From IMG/VR virus record IMGVR_UViG_3300012665_001024, positions 1-29,944 of that record: a DNA stretch of 29,944 nt; one strand, 5' to 3'. The notes beneath the pieces were generated by a model that saw nothing but the letters and a program-made list of their open reading frames with translations, ran no database searches and had not been told where the DNA came from. Of the stretch, positions 7,031 to 15,938 are shown piece by piece. Position 1 is the stretch's first letter. Each line of letters begins with the position of its first letter. Source of the stretch: a virus (taxonomy: Duplodnaviria; Caudoviricetes). Made by a program: the position numbers and the translations under genes.

Positions 7031-8536
7031 TTAGTCCAAACTGTGTTCAAGTTCAACAATTGCATCGTCATTCATATTAGCCAAATCGCTTTCGCCTGGT
7101 TCAGCTTCTTCAAATTCAATAAAATTATTCAAAACGTCATTTTGAACTTTACCACGTTGCAATCCGCCCTGTAATTCGGTTAGGAATTTGTGTGCGTGTT
7201 TGAGCATTGCTTTTGGATCATCGCTTTCAAAAAGTTCATTTACAAAACGGTCAAAATACAATATGTTACGTGGTACCCAATCACTTGGTTCGTCACTTTT
7301 AGCACTCTTACCATCTAAACGTTTCCAATGTCTCCAATCTGGCTTGTAACGAGCACATTCCATATCAGCTAATCTATTAGCACGTTGTACAGCTTCAATG
7401 TGAATCTCTGTATTATGCGCCATGTATAATGCATAACTGAAACTATCCCAAGAAGTTTTACCTTCTTTACCAATTTTGTTTAGCATACCTGGCTTATACC
7501 AACATACATCACCCATTGTTAAACGGTCACCAATAGCATTGCCCCATGGGAATGCCAACTCTGTACCAGCAAACAACTTACTATCTGGAGCTTTCTCCAT
7601 AACAATAGACCATTTATCACGTCTATGACTTGGTGTTGTGTATGCTAGTCCATACGCAACAGCAATATAGGGACTTGCACAGTCAAAACTAATTGTTAAA
7701 TTAGGATTACAATGCTTACGTAGCACACGTTGTATACTGGTCAAATAACAAGCCCAATCTAAAGGAGCAGTTCCCAAAAAGTGCATCCAATCTTTACCTT
7801 CTAATAGACCTTCGTCACGCATTGTGATAAGTCTATTTAGGATAATTGGCATATTACACATATTTTGCGAACCCATTGCCCATCCTTCAAACGGCATATT
7901 CTTAACAGCATCATACCAAACATCACATTCTTCTGGACTATTGCCTTGTAATACGTTTAAGAACTTAGTATGACCAAGTCTATTTTGTACAAAATAGTTG
8001 TTATTCCAAACTGTAGCATCTAAACAGTCTTGGAATGTTTTAAGGCCTGTTTTTTCTCTGTGTAATGCGTTACTTGCCCATGTTGGAACGTCAAGTACCA
8101 TACTCCAATCAGCAGTAAGTTCTAACCAGTTAAGAATTTTATCTCTAGTTACGTTAGCACCTTTGCCTTTAAAGTCCTGCCAATCAAATTTAAGAACACC
8201 TTTGCCAATTTGGAAACCGCCGGAGTCACCTAAAATAATAGTGTTGTTACGGTCTCGTTCTTGTATCATACTATCTTGTTTGATAGCTTTGTTTAAATCT
8301 AATTGTGCATGACCTGCTGAATACAATGCATTTTTGTAAGTAAAGTAACCTTCTTCTGGATTAAGAAAGTTCATACCTTCGATGCCACGCTCAAATCCTT
8401 TTGGCATACGCTCTGGCGGAATGCTTGCACTGCCTTGATGTCGTGCATCACTGATATACTTACTATAGAATGTACTTACTGCGGGTAAGTATACTGCATA
8501 GTCTTTTTGTGTGTCGTTAAAATTAACTTGTCTCAA
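7031..8536 (-). CDS. dpdA: DpdA/TGT-like 7-deazaguanine DNA transglycosylase
   Basis: TGT-fold motifs LGDSGGFQI, MVLDVP, NVLQG, GWAMG, MHFLG, ISFDCASP (nucleophile Asp) and HN. No CxCxxC Zn site. Clustered with folE, queD-like and queE, next to the replisome genes. Confidence 0.85.
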   Translation of the reverse strand: MRQVNFNDTQKDYAVYLPAVSTFYSKYISDARHQGSASIPPERMPKGFERGIEGMNFLNPEEGYFTYKNALYSAGHAQLDLNKAIKQDSMIQERDRNNTIILGDSGGFQIGKGVLKFDWQDFKGKGANVTRDKILNWLELTADWSMVLDVPTWASNALHREKTGLKTFQDCLDATVWNNNYFVQNRLGHTKFLNVLQGNSPEECDVWYDAVKNMPFEGWAMGSQNMCNMPIILNRLITMRDEGLLEGKDWMHFLGTAPLDWACYLTSIQRVLRKHCNPNLTISFDCASPYIAVAYGLAYTTPSHRRDKWSIVMEKAPDSKLFAGTELAFPWGNAIGDRLTMGDVCWYKPGMLNKIGKEGKTSWDSFSYALYMAHNTEIHIEAVQRANRLADMECARYKPDWRHWKRLDGKSAKSDEPSDWVPRNILYFDRFVNELFESDDPKAMLKHAHKFLTELQGGLQRGKVQNDVLNNFIEFEEAEPGESDLANMNDDAIVELEHSLD

Positions 8537-8897
8537 GTGCTTCTCCGTGTTCTTTTGATAGTTTTACAACTAAATCTAATTGTTCTTCAGCACGTTTAAG
8601 GGCATTAATAGCATTTAGTACAGCTGGATGTTCTTTAGCTAGTCTAGCGTGTTCTAGTTCTTGGTCACGTTTTTCACGTGCCCATTGTAAAATGGATTGT
8701 GAATCTGCACTCAAATCTACAGTAGCATAACTGGTGGACATGGTCATCCAATTATTACCATCAAATACTTGCATGTCACTGCCCCAAACCCTGATCATAC
8801 CTTGCATAGGATTTGTGTTATTTTGACTAACATATGGTACAGAAGTGTTGCCGCCACTAACAATAACATTAGAGCCACCCATTAAACCTTTAATCAT
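8523..8897 (-). CDS. Hypothetical protein
   Basis: 124-aa ORF, beta-rich N-terminus (MQVFDGNNW) and helical C-terminus. Confidence 0.8.
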   Translation of the reverse strand: MIKGLMGGSNVIVSGGNTSVPYVSQNNTNPMQGMIRVWGSDMQVFDGNNWMTMSTSYATVDLSADSQSILQWAREKRDQELEHARLAKEHPAVLNAINALKRAEEQLDLVVKLSKEHGEALETS

Positions 8898-8991
8898 CGC
8901 TATCGCCTTTAACGCATTTGAATAGCAATCCTAGCAATAATGCTAGAACTGCTAAGCCAGACACTACTATTAATACTTGGCTTCCGTCCAT
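8890..8991 (-). CDS. Small single-pass membrane protein (33 aa)
   Basis: Manual translation MDGSQVLIVVSGLAVLALLLGLLFKCVKGDSDD*. It exactly fills the gap between two genes. Confidence 0.65.
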   Translation of the reverse strand: MDGSQVLIVVSGLAVLALLLGLLFKCVKGDSDD

Positions 8992-8992
8992 A

Positions 8993-9727
8993 TTAAGCCT
9001 GTGCTGGGATAATGTATTTGTAAGTGGCAGTACCGCTATCTAATGTAATTTGGATAGCACCAACTTCGTTACTAAAACTAATTTTAGCATTGTTTACATC
9101 AGCAATCTTAAGGATACCTAGTACACTTGCTACAGGCCATGTCCAGCCTTTGTCTAGTTTGCCATTTACACCTGTTGCAAATACAAATTCGCCGCCGTGT
9201 GTTGACTGGTCACCAAAGATAAACTTAACTTTGTCTCCATCTGTACGTGCTAAGAATGTTGTATGTTCTGTGTTAGCACCTGCTTGCAAACTAAAACGCT
9301 GGATAGCGGCAAGACTTGGCTCCAACTCTACAGTCCACTTTGGCTCTTTGAACTTAACATTTTTTAACTTTTCGTTAATAATTTGTGTGTTCATAAATTT
9401 GTAATCATTCTTAAAGTCGCCATCTTTGTTTTCAAAGTGGATACCATCTGGAATGCTTTCGCCATTTACTGTGCGTGACGTTAGTTCAATATCTGCACCG
9501 TCTTTGTACTCTGCACAATCAATCAAGTATTTCAACTTGCTTAGTTGTGGCATACCAAAGATGCCCTTCATTTGTGGGATAGGAGCATTTGTCTGTCCCA
9601 TCATAATAACACTACGGTCATCAGCCATACTGTCAATTTTTGTTTCGTTGTCATCACCTGAAATTTTAACAATGCTAAGTCCTAGCGTATGTGTGTGACC
9701 AACGATGTCTTGTAAGATATCTTTCAT
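8993..9727 (-). CDS. DNA polymerase sliding clamp (gp45/PCNA-like)
   Basis: 244 aa, beta-alpha repeat pattern, directly downstream of the PolB gene, whose C-terminus (FGKLFDFE) resembles gp43 clamp-binding tails. Confidence 0.7.
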   Translation of the reverse strand: MKDILQDIVGHTHTLGLSIVKISGDDNETKIDSMADDRSVIMMGQTNAPIPQMKGIFGMPQLSKLKYLIDCAEYKDGADIELTSRTVNGESIPDGIHFENKDGDFKNDYKFMNTQIINEKLKNVKFKEPKWTVELEPSLAAIQRFSLQAGANTEHTTFLARTDGDKVKFIFGDQSTHGGEFVFATGVNGKLDKGWTWPVASVLGILKIADVNNAKISFSNEVGAIQITLDSGTATYKYIIPAQA

Positions 9728-9750
9728 TTTATTATTCTCCGTATATTATG

Positions 9751-9779
9751 ATTATATTTAGATTTCGTGTTAAAGTCAA
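9751..9779 (-). promoter_or_regulatory. sigma70-type promoter for the clamp-dpdA transcript, overlapping a TAAATA
   Basis: TTGACT (9779-9774), 17 nt spacer, TATAAT (9756-9751). TAAATA at 9760-9755. GGAG Shine-Dalgarno downstream. Confidence 0.82.
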
Positions 9780-9786
9780 GTATATT

Positions 9787-12462
9787 TTATTCAAAATCAA
9801 ATAACTTGCCAAACGTACTTCCACTATCTGTGGTACTTCCAATGTCCCATTCCAATACTCCAATAAGGTTGCTAATCTTGTTGTCGATAATTGTTTCCTC
9901 CATTGCCAAATCATCGAATGGCAATTCTTGGAACCATTTAGGAATCTTCAGTTCATCAACTGGGTATGCAACACTGGTATAACCTAGTGCATTGTTCTTT
10001 AGTTTACAAACATAAACTTTCATACCATCAACAATTTGTACTGAGTACTTGTCCCCGTTCATTTCACGTAAACGGTTATAATTGATACTGGCACGAACGT
10101 GACCTGGCATAGTTGCTTTGCCTTGCTTACGTTCTTGTTCTTGATAGTCAGTAATATTGTTGGCACGTCTTGGACTGCCTTTTTCCCAACCAGCTCTAGA
10201 TTTAAAGTCTTGTCTAAACTCAATAATTTTATCAAGTACAAACTGTTCTTCAGCACCTTGTAGCACATCCATTAGAATTTCTTCTAAGAACTGTTGCATA
10301 TATTCTGGCGTATCACTGCGCTTCAAGTCTAAGCCCATAGCTTTGATCTTGCCTGGCTTGCCATCTGCATCTAACCTCTTGCCTTCCTTATCATAGTTAA
10401 GAACAGCATAACGTTTTTTAGTAATAAACAAGCCTTTAATTGCTACAAGCTCACGACCGCCTTTAATAACTTCGCCACGTGACTTTGGACAATGGAAATA
10501 GTCCAACATAAACTGAGGGAAACTATCGTTAACTTCTTCTGCAATTTGGTCATATAACTGTACGCAAGTATCTTTATCCCAAGATAAGTTGCCTTTTTCT
10601 ACTTCAGTACGCAACGTACTCCAAGCACTGAAATAACATGAGTCAGTGTCACCGTAAATAATGCTCTTACCTTTGTAGTCATATGTACCACAAATAATTT
10701 CATTAATTTTACTTGCCATGTGACGTGCAACTTGACGACCGACAAGTGTAGTTGACTGGCCAATCCGCTTATCAAAGAATCTGCAACCTGGGTTTAACAA
10801 AGCGCCATATAGTGAGTTCAAATTAATCTTACGCACCATTTGTCGTTTATCCCAGTATTCTGATTCAATGCCGTTGCCAGCCTTTTCAGCGTCTTTAGAT
10901 TTCTTCTGCATTTCTTTACGTTCAGCATACCAACGTTTTAACAAGCCAGGAATAATACCTTCAAACTCATATGTAAAAATTGTGCCGTTAGCACTCAACA
11001 TCCAAGGCTTGTGACTGTTAAAGATAACTTCATAAATCTCTGCACCACTGTGTACACTTGACTCTCCACTACTCCAGTCAATTGTAATTTCTGCAGACTT
11101 GTCTTTATTAACAACTGCTTCATACTCAATACTACCAAACTTGTCTTCCCAAGAACCAGCAAAGCTCTTCTTGTGTAACAACATTTGATTTTGAATATAC
11201 TCGTCAGTTAATGTTTGACGTAGTTGTCCAACAATTGTTTCTGGGCCCATGTTAAGCGCACGAATCGCACTAGGGTAAAGTGAGTTAATGTCAATTGCCC
11301 CAATCCAATCATGCAAGCCCTTTTTAGGAAACGCCACATACGCACCAGCCGCCGCAGTGTCGCCTTGTTCGCCTTTACGTTGACGACTTGGTACAATCAG
11401 CCCTTGTTGATGAGCTTCATTAATAATGGCCTGTTCAGTCATTGCCACAGCACCCATTGTTGTTTGTAGCAAAACAGTATTACCATGCGCTAACACGTTA
11501 GCGAGATCTAGGAACTTTAGTTTCTTGTCCATTTTATCTAACAGTGCAGTATCTTGTCTGTTATATTCAATAAACGTTTTAAAGTCTTGATTGTATAGTT
11601 GATCTAACGTACCTTCGTACTGTGTCTTCTTCTCACCAACTTCTAGTTCACCAATTACATCCAAGCGATAGCTATGCATTTCTTCATATTTGTATTTGCG
11701 GTATACTTCCAAACTATCTAAGTGTACACGGCCTACAAAGTCATATGTAATAGATGCTTTACCAAATTTTTCGTACTCACGCTTTTTAGGATATTGATCC
11801 CACAAACAAAAACGCTTTGTGTCCTCTTTACTTAATACACGGGTTACACGATTAACAGTATAAGGTACGTCAAATCCCTCACTGTTCCAACCAGTAATTA
11901 CATCAGCATCTTCAATTAATGTTAAAAACGTGTCAAGCATTTCTGCTTCTGTCTCAAACAAAATTGTATTTGGGAACTCTTTAATTTCTTCTTTTGCCTG
12001 TTCCATTGTCAAAGTTTTTGGCGGAACAGCTAGACAAACAAGTGTGTCCATCCATTGTAGGTGAACAGCGATAGCAGTAATTGGCATGAATGCATCGTCT
12101 GGAGATGCGTAACCACGTTCTGGATCGAAGTCCACCTCAATATCAAAAAATGCTACGTGCATTTTTGGAGGTTCTTGACCTAGGTAATTTTCTTCCAGCG
12201 TACGGAATACTGGATTGATATCACTTTCAAAAAGTGTTTTGTTACTGTGGATTTTTTGTTCTTTTGCAAAGTCTTTGAAGCTACGTGTGCTTACTTTGCT
12301 CAAGTTGTCGCCAAACATACTGCGAAACTTGCCTTTTGGATCTGGATAATAAAACTGATAACGTGCGGGATATTCTACGTAACGTCTATTACCTTTTTCG
12401 TCTCTTTCAACGACATTAATTATGTCCTTCTCTCTATCCCAGAAGGCATCGATATAACTCAT
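9787..12462 (-). CDS. Family B DNA polymerase (T4 gp43-like)
   Basis: ExoI FDIEVD, ExoII GWNSEGFDVPY, ExoIII YNRQD, motif A DINSLYPS, motif B KINLNSLYG, motif C YGDTDS, KKRY. No intein or intron apparent. Confidence 0.97.
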   Translation of the reverse strand: MSYIDAFWDREKDIINVVERDEKGNRRYVEYPARYQFYYPDPKGKFRSMFGDNLSKVSTRSFKDFAKEQKIHSNKTLFESDINPVFRTLEENYLGQEPPKMHVAFFDIEVDFDPERGYASPDDAFMPITAIAVHLQWMDTLVCLAVPPKTLTMEQAKEEIKEFPNTILFETEAEMLDTFLTLIEDADVITGWNSEGFDVPYTVNRVTRVLSKEDTKRFCLWDQYPKKREYEKFGKASITYDFVGRVHLDSLEVYRKYKYEEMHSYRLDVIGELEVGEKKTQYEGTLDQLYNQDFKTFIEYNRQDTALLDKMDKKLKFLDLANVLAHGNTVLLQTTMGAVAMTEQAIINEAHQQGLIVPSRQRKGEQGDTAAAGAYVAFPKKGLHDWIGAIDINSLYPSAIRALNMGPETIVGQLRQTLTDEYIQNQMLLHKKSFAGSWEDKFGSIEYEAVVNKDKSAEITIDWSSGESSVHSGAEIYEVIFNSHKPWMLSANGTIFTYEFEGIIPGLLKRWYAERKEMQKKSKDAEKAGNGIESEYWDKRQMVRKINLNSLYGALLNPGCRFFDKRIGQSTTLVGRQVARHMASKINEIICGTYDYKGKSIIYGDTDSCYFSAWSTLRTEVEKGNLSWDKDTCVQLYDQIAEEVNDSFPQFMLDYFHCPKSRGEVIKGGRELVAIKGLFITKKRYAVLNYDKEGKRLDADGKPGKIKAMGLDLKRSDTPEYMQQFLEEILMDVLQGAEEQFVLDKIIEFRQDFKSRAGWEKGSPRRANNITDYQEQERKQGKATMPGHVRASINYNRLREMNGDKYSVQIVDGMKVYVCKLKNNALGYTSVAYPVDELKIPKWFQELPFDDLAMEETIIDNKISNLIGVLEWDIGSTTDSGSTFGKLFDFE

Positions 12463-12468
12463 ATTTTT

Positions 12469-12524
12469 CTCCTTGCGACTTTAGGCTCGCTAACCAAACA
12501 TGATCAATTATGGCTGATCTAACC
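12469..12524 (-). promoter_or_regulatory. Tandem structured RNA elements abutting the polymerase Shine-Dalgarno (putative translational operator)
   Basis: GGTTA-GATCA-GCCATAAT-TGATC and GGTTA-GCGA-GCCTAAAG-TCGC, immediately followed by AAGGAG. TAAATA upstream at 12541-12536. Confidence 0.6.
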
Positions 12525-12543
12525 CTATACAACTATATTTAAA

Positions 12544-13176
12544 CTAATCTGACTTGAAGATAAAATTTCCTGAAACACTTATTCTGTAATCATCAGATGT
12601 ATAAAATGGATATACTGTATGACACATTTTTGCTGGAAAAATAATCAAAGCATTTTCTAAACTTTTATCTACATGTATTGTATGGGCACAAATGTTCCCT
12701 AATGTTGACGTGTATTGAAATTCAAAAGCTCCTGGAGAATTTTTATTTGAATTAGCTCCTGGCGAGTTGGTCATTTCTTCTTCTAAATCATATGGTATAT
12801 TAATCCAAATTACAAAACTCATAATACCTGTATGATTGTGTACAGGATTAAACTCGTGCTTTTTTTGAAAATTAACCCAAGCATTTTCTAATACAATTGG
12901 TAGCTTTTTGTTTACAACTGTAAAGTCTTTTAAAATGTTAAAACTTTTATCATATTCAAATATATAAGGTAAAATTAATCGTTCTATATATTTTGCACTT
13001 TTTATCAAAGTAAACTCTTTACTAATGTTTCCAGCCAAATACTCATTGTGCTTAATACCGGTGTCAAAGTTTTCTCTAATAGAATTAATTTCTTCCTTAA
13101 TTGGAAAAACTGCTTCCTCAGTGAGATGAACAGCAGTAAATCCAAAATTATTAAAAGTATTAATTGTTGAAATCAT
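12544..13176 (-). CDS. Putative 2OG-Fe(II) oxygenase (TIGR02466-like)
   Basis: WVNFQKKHEFNPVHNH..IMSFVIWI...IIFPAKMCHTVYPF...RISVSGN. Confidence 0.8.
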   Translation of the reverse strand: MISTINTFNNFGFTAVHLTEEAVFPIKEEINSIRENFDTGIKHNEYLAGNISKEFTLIKSAKYIERLILPYIFEYDKSFNILKDFTVVNKKLPIVLENAWVNFQKKHEFNPVHNHTGIMSFVIWINIPYDLEEEMTNSPGANSNKNSPGAFEFQYTSTLGNICAHTIHVDKSLENALIIFPAKMCHTVYPFYTSDDYRISVSGNFIFKSD

Positions 13177-13466
13177 TGTAATAAGAATCGTATGTACCCA
13201 AAAACGTCAATGATTGTCATTACAACACTCATTACTACCATGCCAAAACTTCCCCTACTAATACCGCAAAAGATCATAAGGAATGTTCCACTCAACCATA
13301 ATGGATACGTAATTTCGTAGGGAACGTTTGGAGCCATTAATGCAAATATAATGGCTGTGGCCAATGCTGTAAACGCATTGTATGTCTCTGCCGATAGTCG
13401 CCATGGGTTAGATTTCCAATCAGCAACTACCCATTCTCTAGCAGTATTAAAATGGTGCTGAATCAT
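13173..13466 (-). CDS. Membrane protein (about 3 TM helices)
   Basis: Three hydrophobic segments; ATGA coupling to the next gene. Confidence 0.75.
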   Translation of the reverse strand: MIQHHFNTAREWVVADWKSNPWRLSAETYNAFTALATAIIFALMAPNVPYEITYPLWLSGTFLMIFCGISRGSFGMVVMSVVMTIIDVFGYIRFLLQ

Positions 13467-13791
13467 CTGAATCGTCCGTGCCTTGCGCAGTTACTTTTGG
13501 GATTGCTGGGGCAACTGACTGATTCCATGGAGTTCCGCTTCCATGTCCAGTTGTGTGAACAATGTCTTCCAAGTCACTAAAGTCTTTGGCAGTTTGTTCC
13601 CAATCGTCTTTCATTGCTGTACGAATTGCCTTTTTAATTACACTTGGCTTTACGTCCAATTCTTCTGCCACTGCTTTAATTGTATCGTTCAGTCCTTCTT
13701 GTAGGCTTTTAATTTCATCCATTACTTGCCAACCGTCTTTGACTAGTTGTTTTAGTTTTGCTTGTTCTGGTGCGCCAAATACTTTGCTCAT
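13447..13791 (-). CDS. dsDNA-binding protein, T4 DsbA/GapR-like
   Basis: LKQLVKDG..VMDEIKSLQEGLNDTIKAVAEELDVKPSVIKKAIR, a helical pattern like T4 DsbA. AGGAG Shine-Dalgarno. Confidence 0.65.
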   Translation of the reverse strand: MSKVFGAPEQAKLKQLVKDGWQVMDEIKSLQEGLNDTIKAVAEELDVKPSVIKKAIRTAMKDDWEQTAKDFSDLEDIVHTTGHGSGTPWNQSVAPAIPKVTAQGTDDSDDSAPF

Positions 13792-13814
13792 ATAAACTCC
13801 TAAATTATTTTACT

Positions 13815-13843
13815 ATTGTAACGTAATTGTTTATCTAAGTCAA
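13815..13843 (-). promoter_or_regulatory. sigma70-type promoter at the start of the replication block
   Basis: TTGACT (13843-13838), 17 nt spacer, TACAAT (13820-13815). Confidence 0.78.
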
Positions 13844-13856
13844 GATATTTCAGTCG

Positions 13857-13890
13857 TAAAAATAGGGCAAGATAAAATCTGCCCTATTAA
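13857..13890 (-). terminator. Rho-independent terminator ending the late/head-protein block
   Basis: Minus strand AATAGGGCA-gattttatct-TGCCCTATT followed by TTT, just after the stop at 13894. Confidence 0.8.
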
Positions 13891-13893
13891 GGT

Positions 13894-14733
13894 TTAACCT
13901 TTAATTTGTTTGTTTAAGCGAGATTGTAGTCCTGAAAAATATTCATCGCTTTCAGAAATTGGTAAATGTTTAATACGTTTTTCTTCTGCTCTGGCTTCTC
14001 TTAATGCTTTGACCGTGTCCATTGCTTGTTTGGCAATGCGTAGCAATTGAGTTTCAGTACTTTCTTTAACTTTCTTTTTGCCTTTTAGTGCTTTAAAATC
14101 TGCACCAGTTAGTTTGCCTTTTGGTTCTGCAACATCTAACTCTGTTTGTTTTCCTTTAAGTTCTTCTTTAACTTTCTTAGGAGATGGCTTCTTACCAGTC
14201 TTTTTCATTTCTGCATCATACTGTGCTTTGGTACATTTTTTACCATTAATTGTGTATTCTTCTTTTGAAGCTTCGTCAACTTGTTTACCTTTACGCTTCA
14301 TGCTGGCTGTGACTTCTTCTCCGTCAGTTGCGGCAACAGTTGTGGGTGCATCAACTTCTGCTTTCTTCATTGACTTAGGAGCTTTGTATCCTGGAGGTGG
14401 AGCAGTTGCACCATCACTTGGTCCCATTGATCCGTCATCTTTAAAATTTGGGTTAGTTGGCCCTGGAGTTTTTGGACTCCACTGCTTTCCTTTATTTGGA
14501 CCAGATGTAACTTTAACTTCACTAATTGCTTTTTCAAATGATTCAGCCATTTCTTTTTCCGCCTTACTTAATTTTTCTGTTTCACGACGTGCTTCGTCAA
14601 ACTTAGTTTGACCTTTGCCGTGTGCAGACATTTTTTTAGCATCGCTTGTTTTAATTCCTACTTTTTTAGCAAAAGCTGGGTTATGTGCGGCTGCATCGAT
14701 AGTTTTCTTTTGTTTTTTACTCTTAAATGGCAT
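13894..14733 (-). CDS. Lys-rich putative internal head protein
   Basis: MPFKSKKQ...AAAHNPAFAKKVGI N-terminus, an EF-hand-like LDVAEPKGKLTGADF, and many hydrophobic-x-E sites (MAES, ISEV, VDEA, VKEE, VKES, LREA). TAAATA at 14756-14751 upstream. Confidence 0.7.
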   Translation of the reverse strand: MPFKSKKQKKTIDAAAHNPAFAKKVGIKTSDAKKMSAHGKGQTKFDEARRETEKLSKAEKEMAESFEKAISEVKVTSGPNKGKQWSPKTPGPTNPNFKDDGSMGPSDGATAPPPGYKAPKSMKKAEVDAPTTVAATDGEEVTASMKRKGKQVDEASKEEYTINGKKCTKAQYDAEMKKTGKKPSPKKVKEELKGKQTELDVAEPKGKLTGADFKALKGKKKVKESTETQLLRIAKQAMDTVKALREARAEEKRIKHLPISESDEYFSGLQSRLNKQIKG

Positions 14734-14753
14734 GTTAATCTCCGATACTATAT

Positions 14754-14996
14754 TTAGCGTTTTACAGGCGTACCAAAGATGCTGTCGCCATCTAGTGCAT
14801 TATCTGTTGGTTTTTGCATTTTGGGCTTGGGTTGTGGCGGTGCTTTAGTTCCAGATTTTCCTGGACTGCCTAGATAACTTTTCTTACCACGTGCTGACCC
14901 CGGGCTCAAATTTGCAGTTGGATTAGCTGGTCCTAACGATGCAGTTGTTGTTCCTGCAGGGTCACCTGCTTCTATTAACAAATCTTGAATACGCAT
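14754..14996 (-). CDS. Putative internal head protein with capsid-targeting-like tag
   Basis: N-terminus MRIQDLLIEAG; low-complexity basic body. Confidence 0.75.
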   Translation of the reverse strand: MRIQDLLIEAGDPAGTTTASLGPANPTANLSPGSARGKKSYLGSPGKSGTKAPPQPKPKMQKPTDNALDGDSIFGTPVKR

Positions 14997-15577
14997 TATA
15001 TTTTATCCTCTGGCTCTGGAGCAGTAATTGTAGCACCTTTTTGCTGTCCTGGAACTTTGCTTGCATCCACAATGTAACCGCCTGCAGGAAGAACTTGTAC
15101 TATTGGTAAATTAAATTTATTACCCTTAACATCTACTGGAACAATTTCACCTACACTTTTTCTTTTCTTTTTAGTTTGTTGCATTTGTGGAGCAATTAAT
15201 TCGCTTGAGCCACCTGTTGATTGTGGCATAATTTTTATATTACCAGCTATTTGATTTCCTAATTCTCTTCTTGCGGCAACTCCGCCTAAAGCTCCAGTAA
15301 CTTGTGTAGCAGTTCTAGCGCCTTTAAGAGCACGTCCAATTGGTAAAGCCACAGCAATATCTGCAATAGCACTGCCCACTGTGTAATTTGGTGTGATGTT
15401 TGTTTGTACAATATCGTTAATTTTTTTACCGTACTTTACTACAGTCTTTGGATCAACACCTGGCAATGCATCAGCAACTTGCCCAGCAGTAATTTTTTCT
15501 CCAAAAATGTCAGCAACAGTGACGTTTCTAAAAAGATCCATTGCTTCAAATTCTAATAATAAATCTTTTATTTTCAT
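14996..15577 (-). CDS. Putative internal head protein with capsid-targeting-like tag
   Basis: N-terminus MKIKDLLLEFE; TAATG coupling. Confidence 0.75.
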   Translation of the reverse strand: MKIKDLLLEFEAMDLFRNVTVADIFGEKITAGQVADALPGVDPKTVVKYGKKINDIVQTNITPNYTVGSAIADIAVALPIGRALKGARTATQVTGALGGVAARRELGNQIAGNIKIMPQSTGGSSELIAPQMQQTKKKRKSVGEIVPVDVKGNKFNLPIVQVLPAGGYIVDASKVPGQQKGATITAPEPEDKI

Positions 15578-15578
15578 A

Positions 15579-15938
15579 TTATACGCCGTACTTGTTCTTT
15601 TTAATTTTTGCTATTGGGCTAGTTGTATTAGTACCTTTAGGTTCTAAACTACCTTTACCAGCTTTAGTTTTACCTTTGATTCCCATTTGCTTGGCAGCAA
15701 CGTCAATCATTTCTTGTTCTTCATCAGTATAACTTTTAACAGTATAGTCCCCAGCAAACGGACTTTCATTATCTGATTTAATATCAGGCGAACCTGCAAG
15801 AGCAATTCCAAAACGATATGCCTTATAGCCATCGCCATTGTACATATTCAGTGCATTGAATGTTTGAAGTCTACTGATTGGATTTTCTTGGCTGGCACGT
15901 AGCTTACCGCCTTCAATTAATAGTTCATTGATTTTCAT
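15579..15938 (-). CDS. Putative internal head protein with capsid-targeting-like tag
   Basis: N-terminus MKINELLIEG; YRFGIALAG; C-terminus KKNKYGV. Confidence 0.75.
   Translation of the reverse strand: MKINELLIEGGKLRASQENPISRLQTFNALNMYNGDGYKAYRFGIALAGSPDIKSDNESPFAGDYTVKSYTDEEQEMIDVAAKQMGIKGKTKAGKGSLEPKGTNTTSPIAKIKKNKYGV

Noticed and set aside
7031-8536. Canonical tRNA-guanine transglycosylase (Tgt) for queuosine tRNA modification
   Set aside because: It lacks the Zn-binding CxCxxC and other bacterial Tgt features, is longer, and is co-transcribed with replisome genes. DNA-acting DpdA fits better, though tRNA activity is not excluded.
12475-12524. preQ1 riboswitch interpretation of the polymerase leader
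   Set aside because: Tempting given the deazaguanine genes, but it lacks the preQ1-I 5-bp P1, loop consensus and long A-rich tail, and it precedes PolB rather than que genes.
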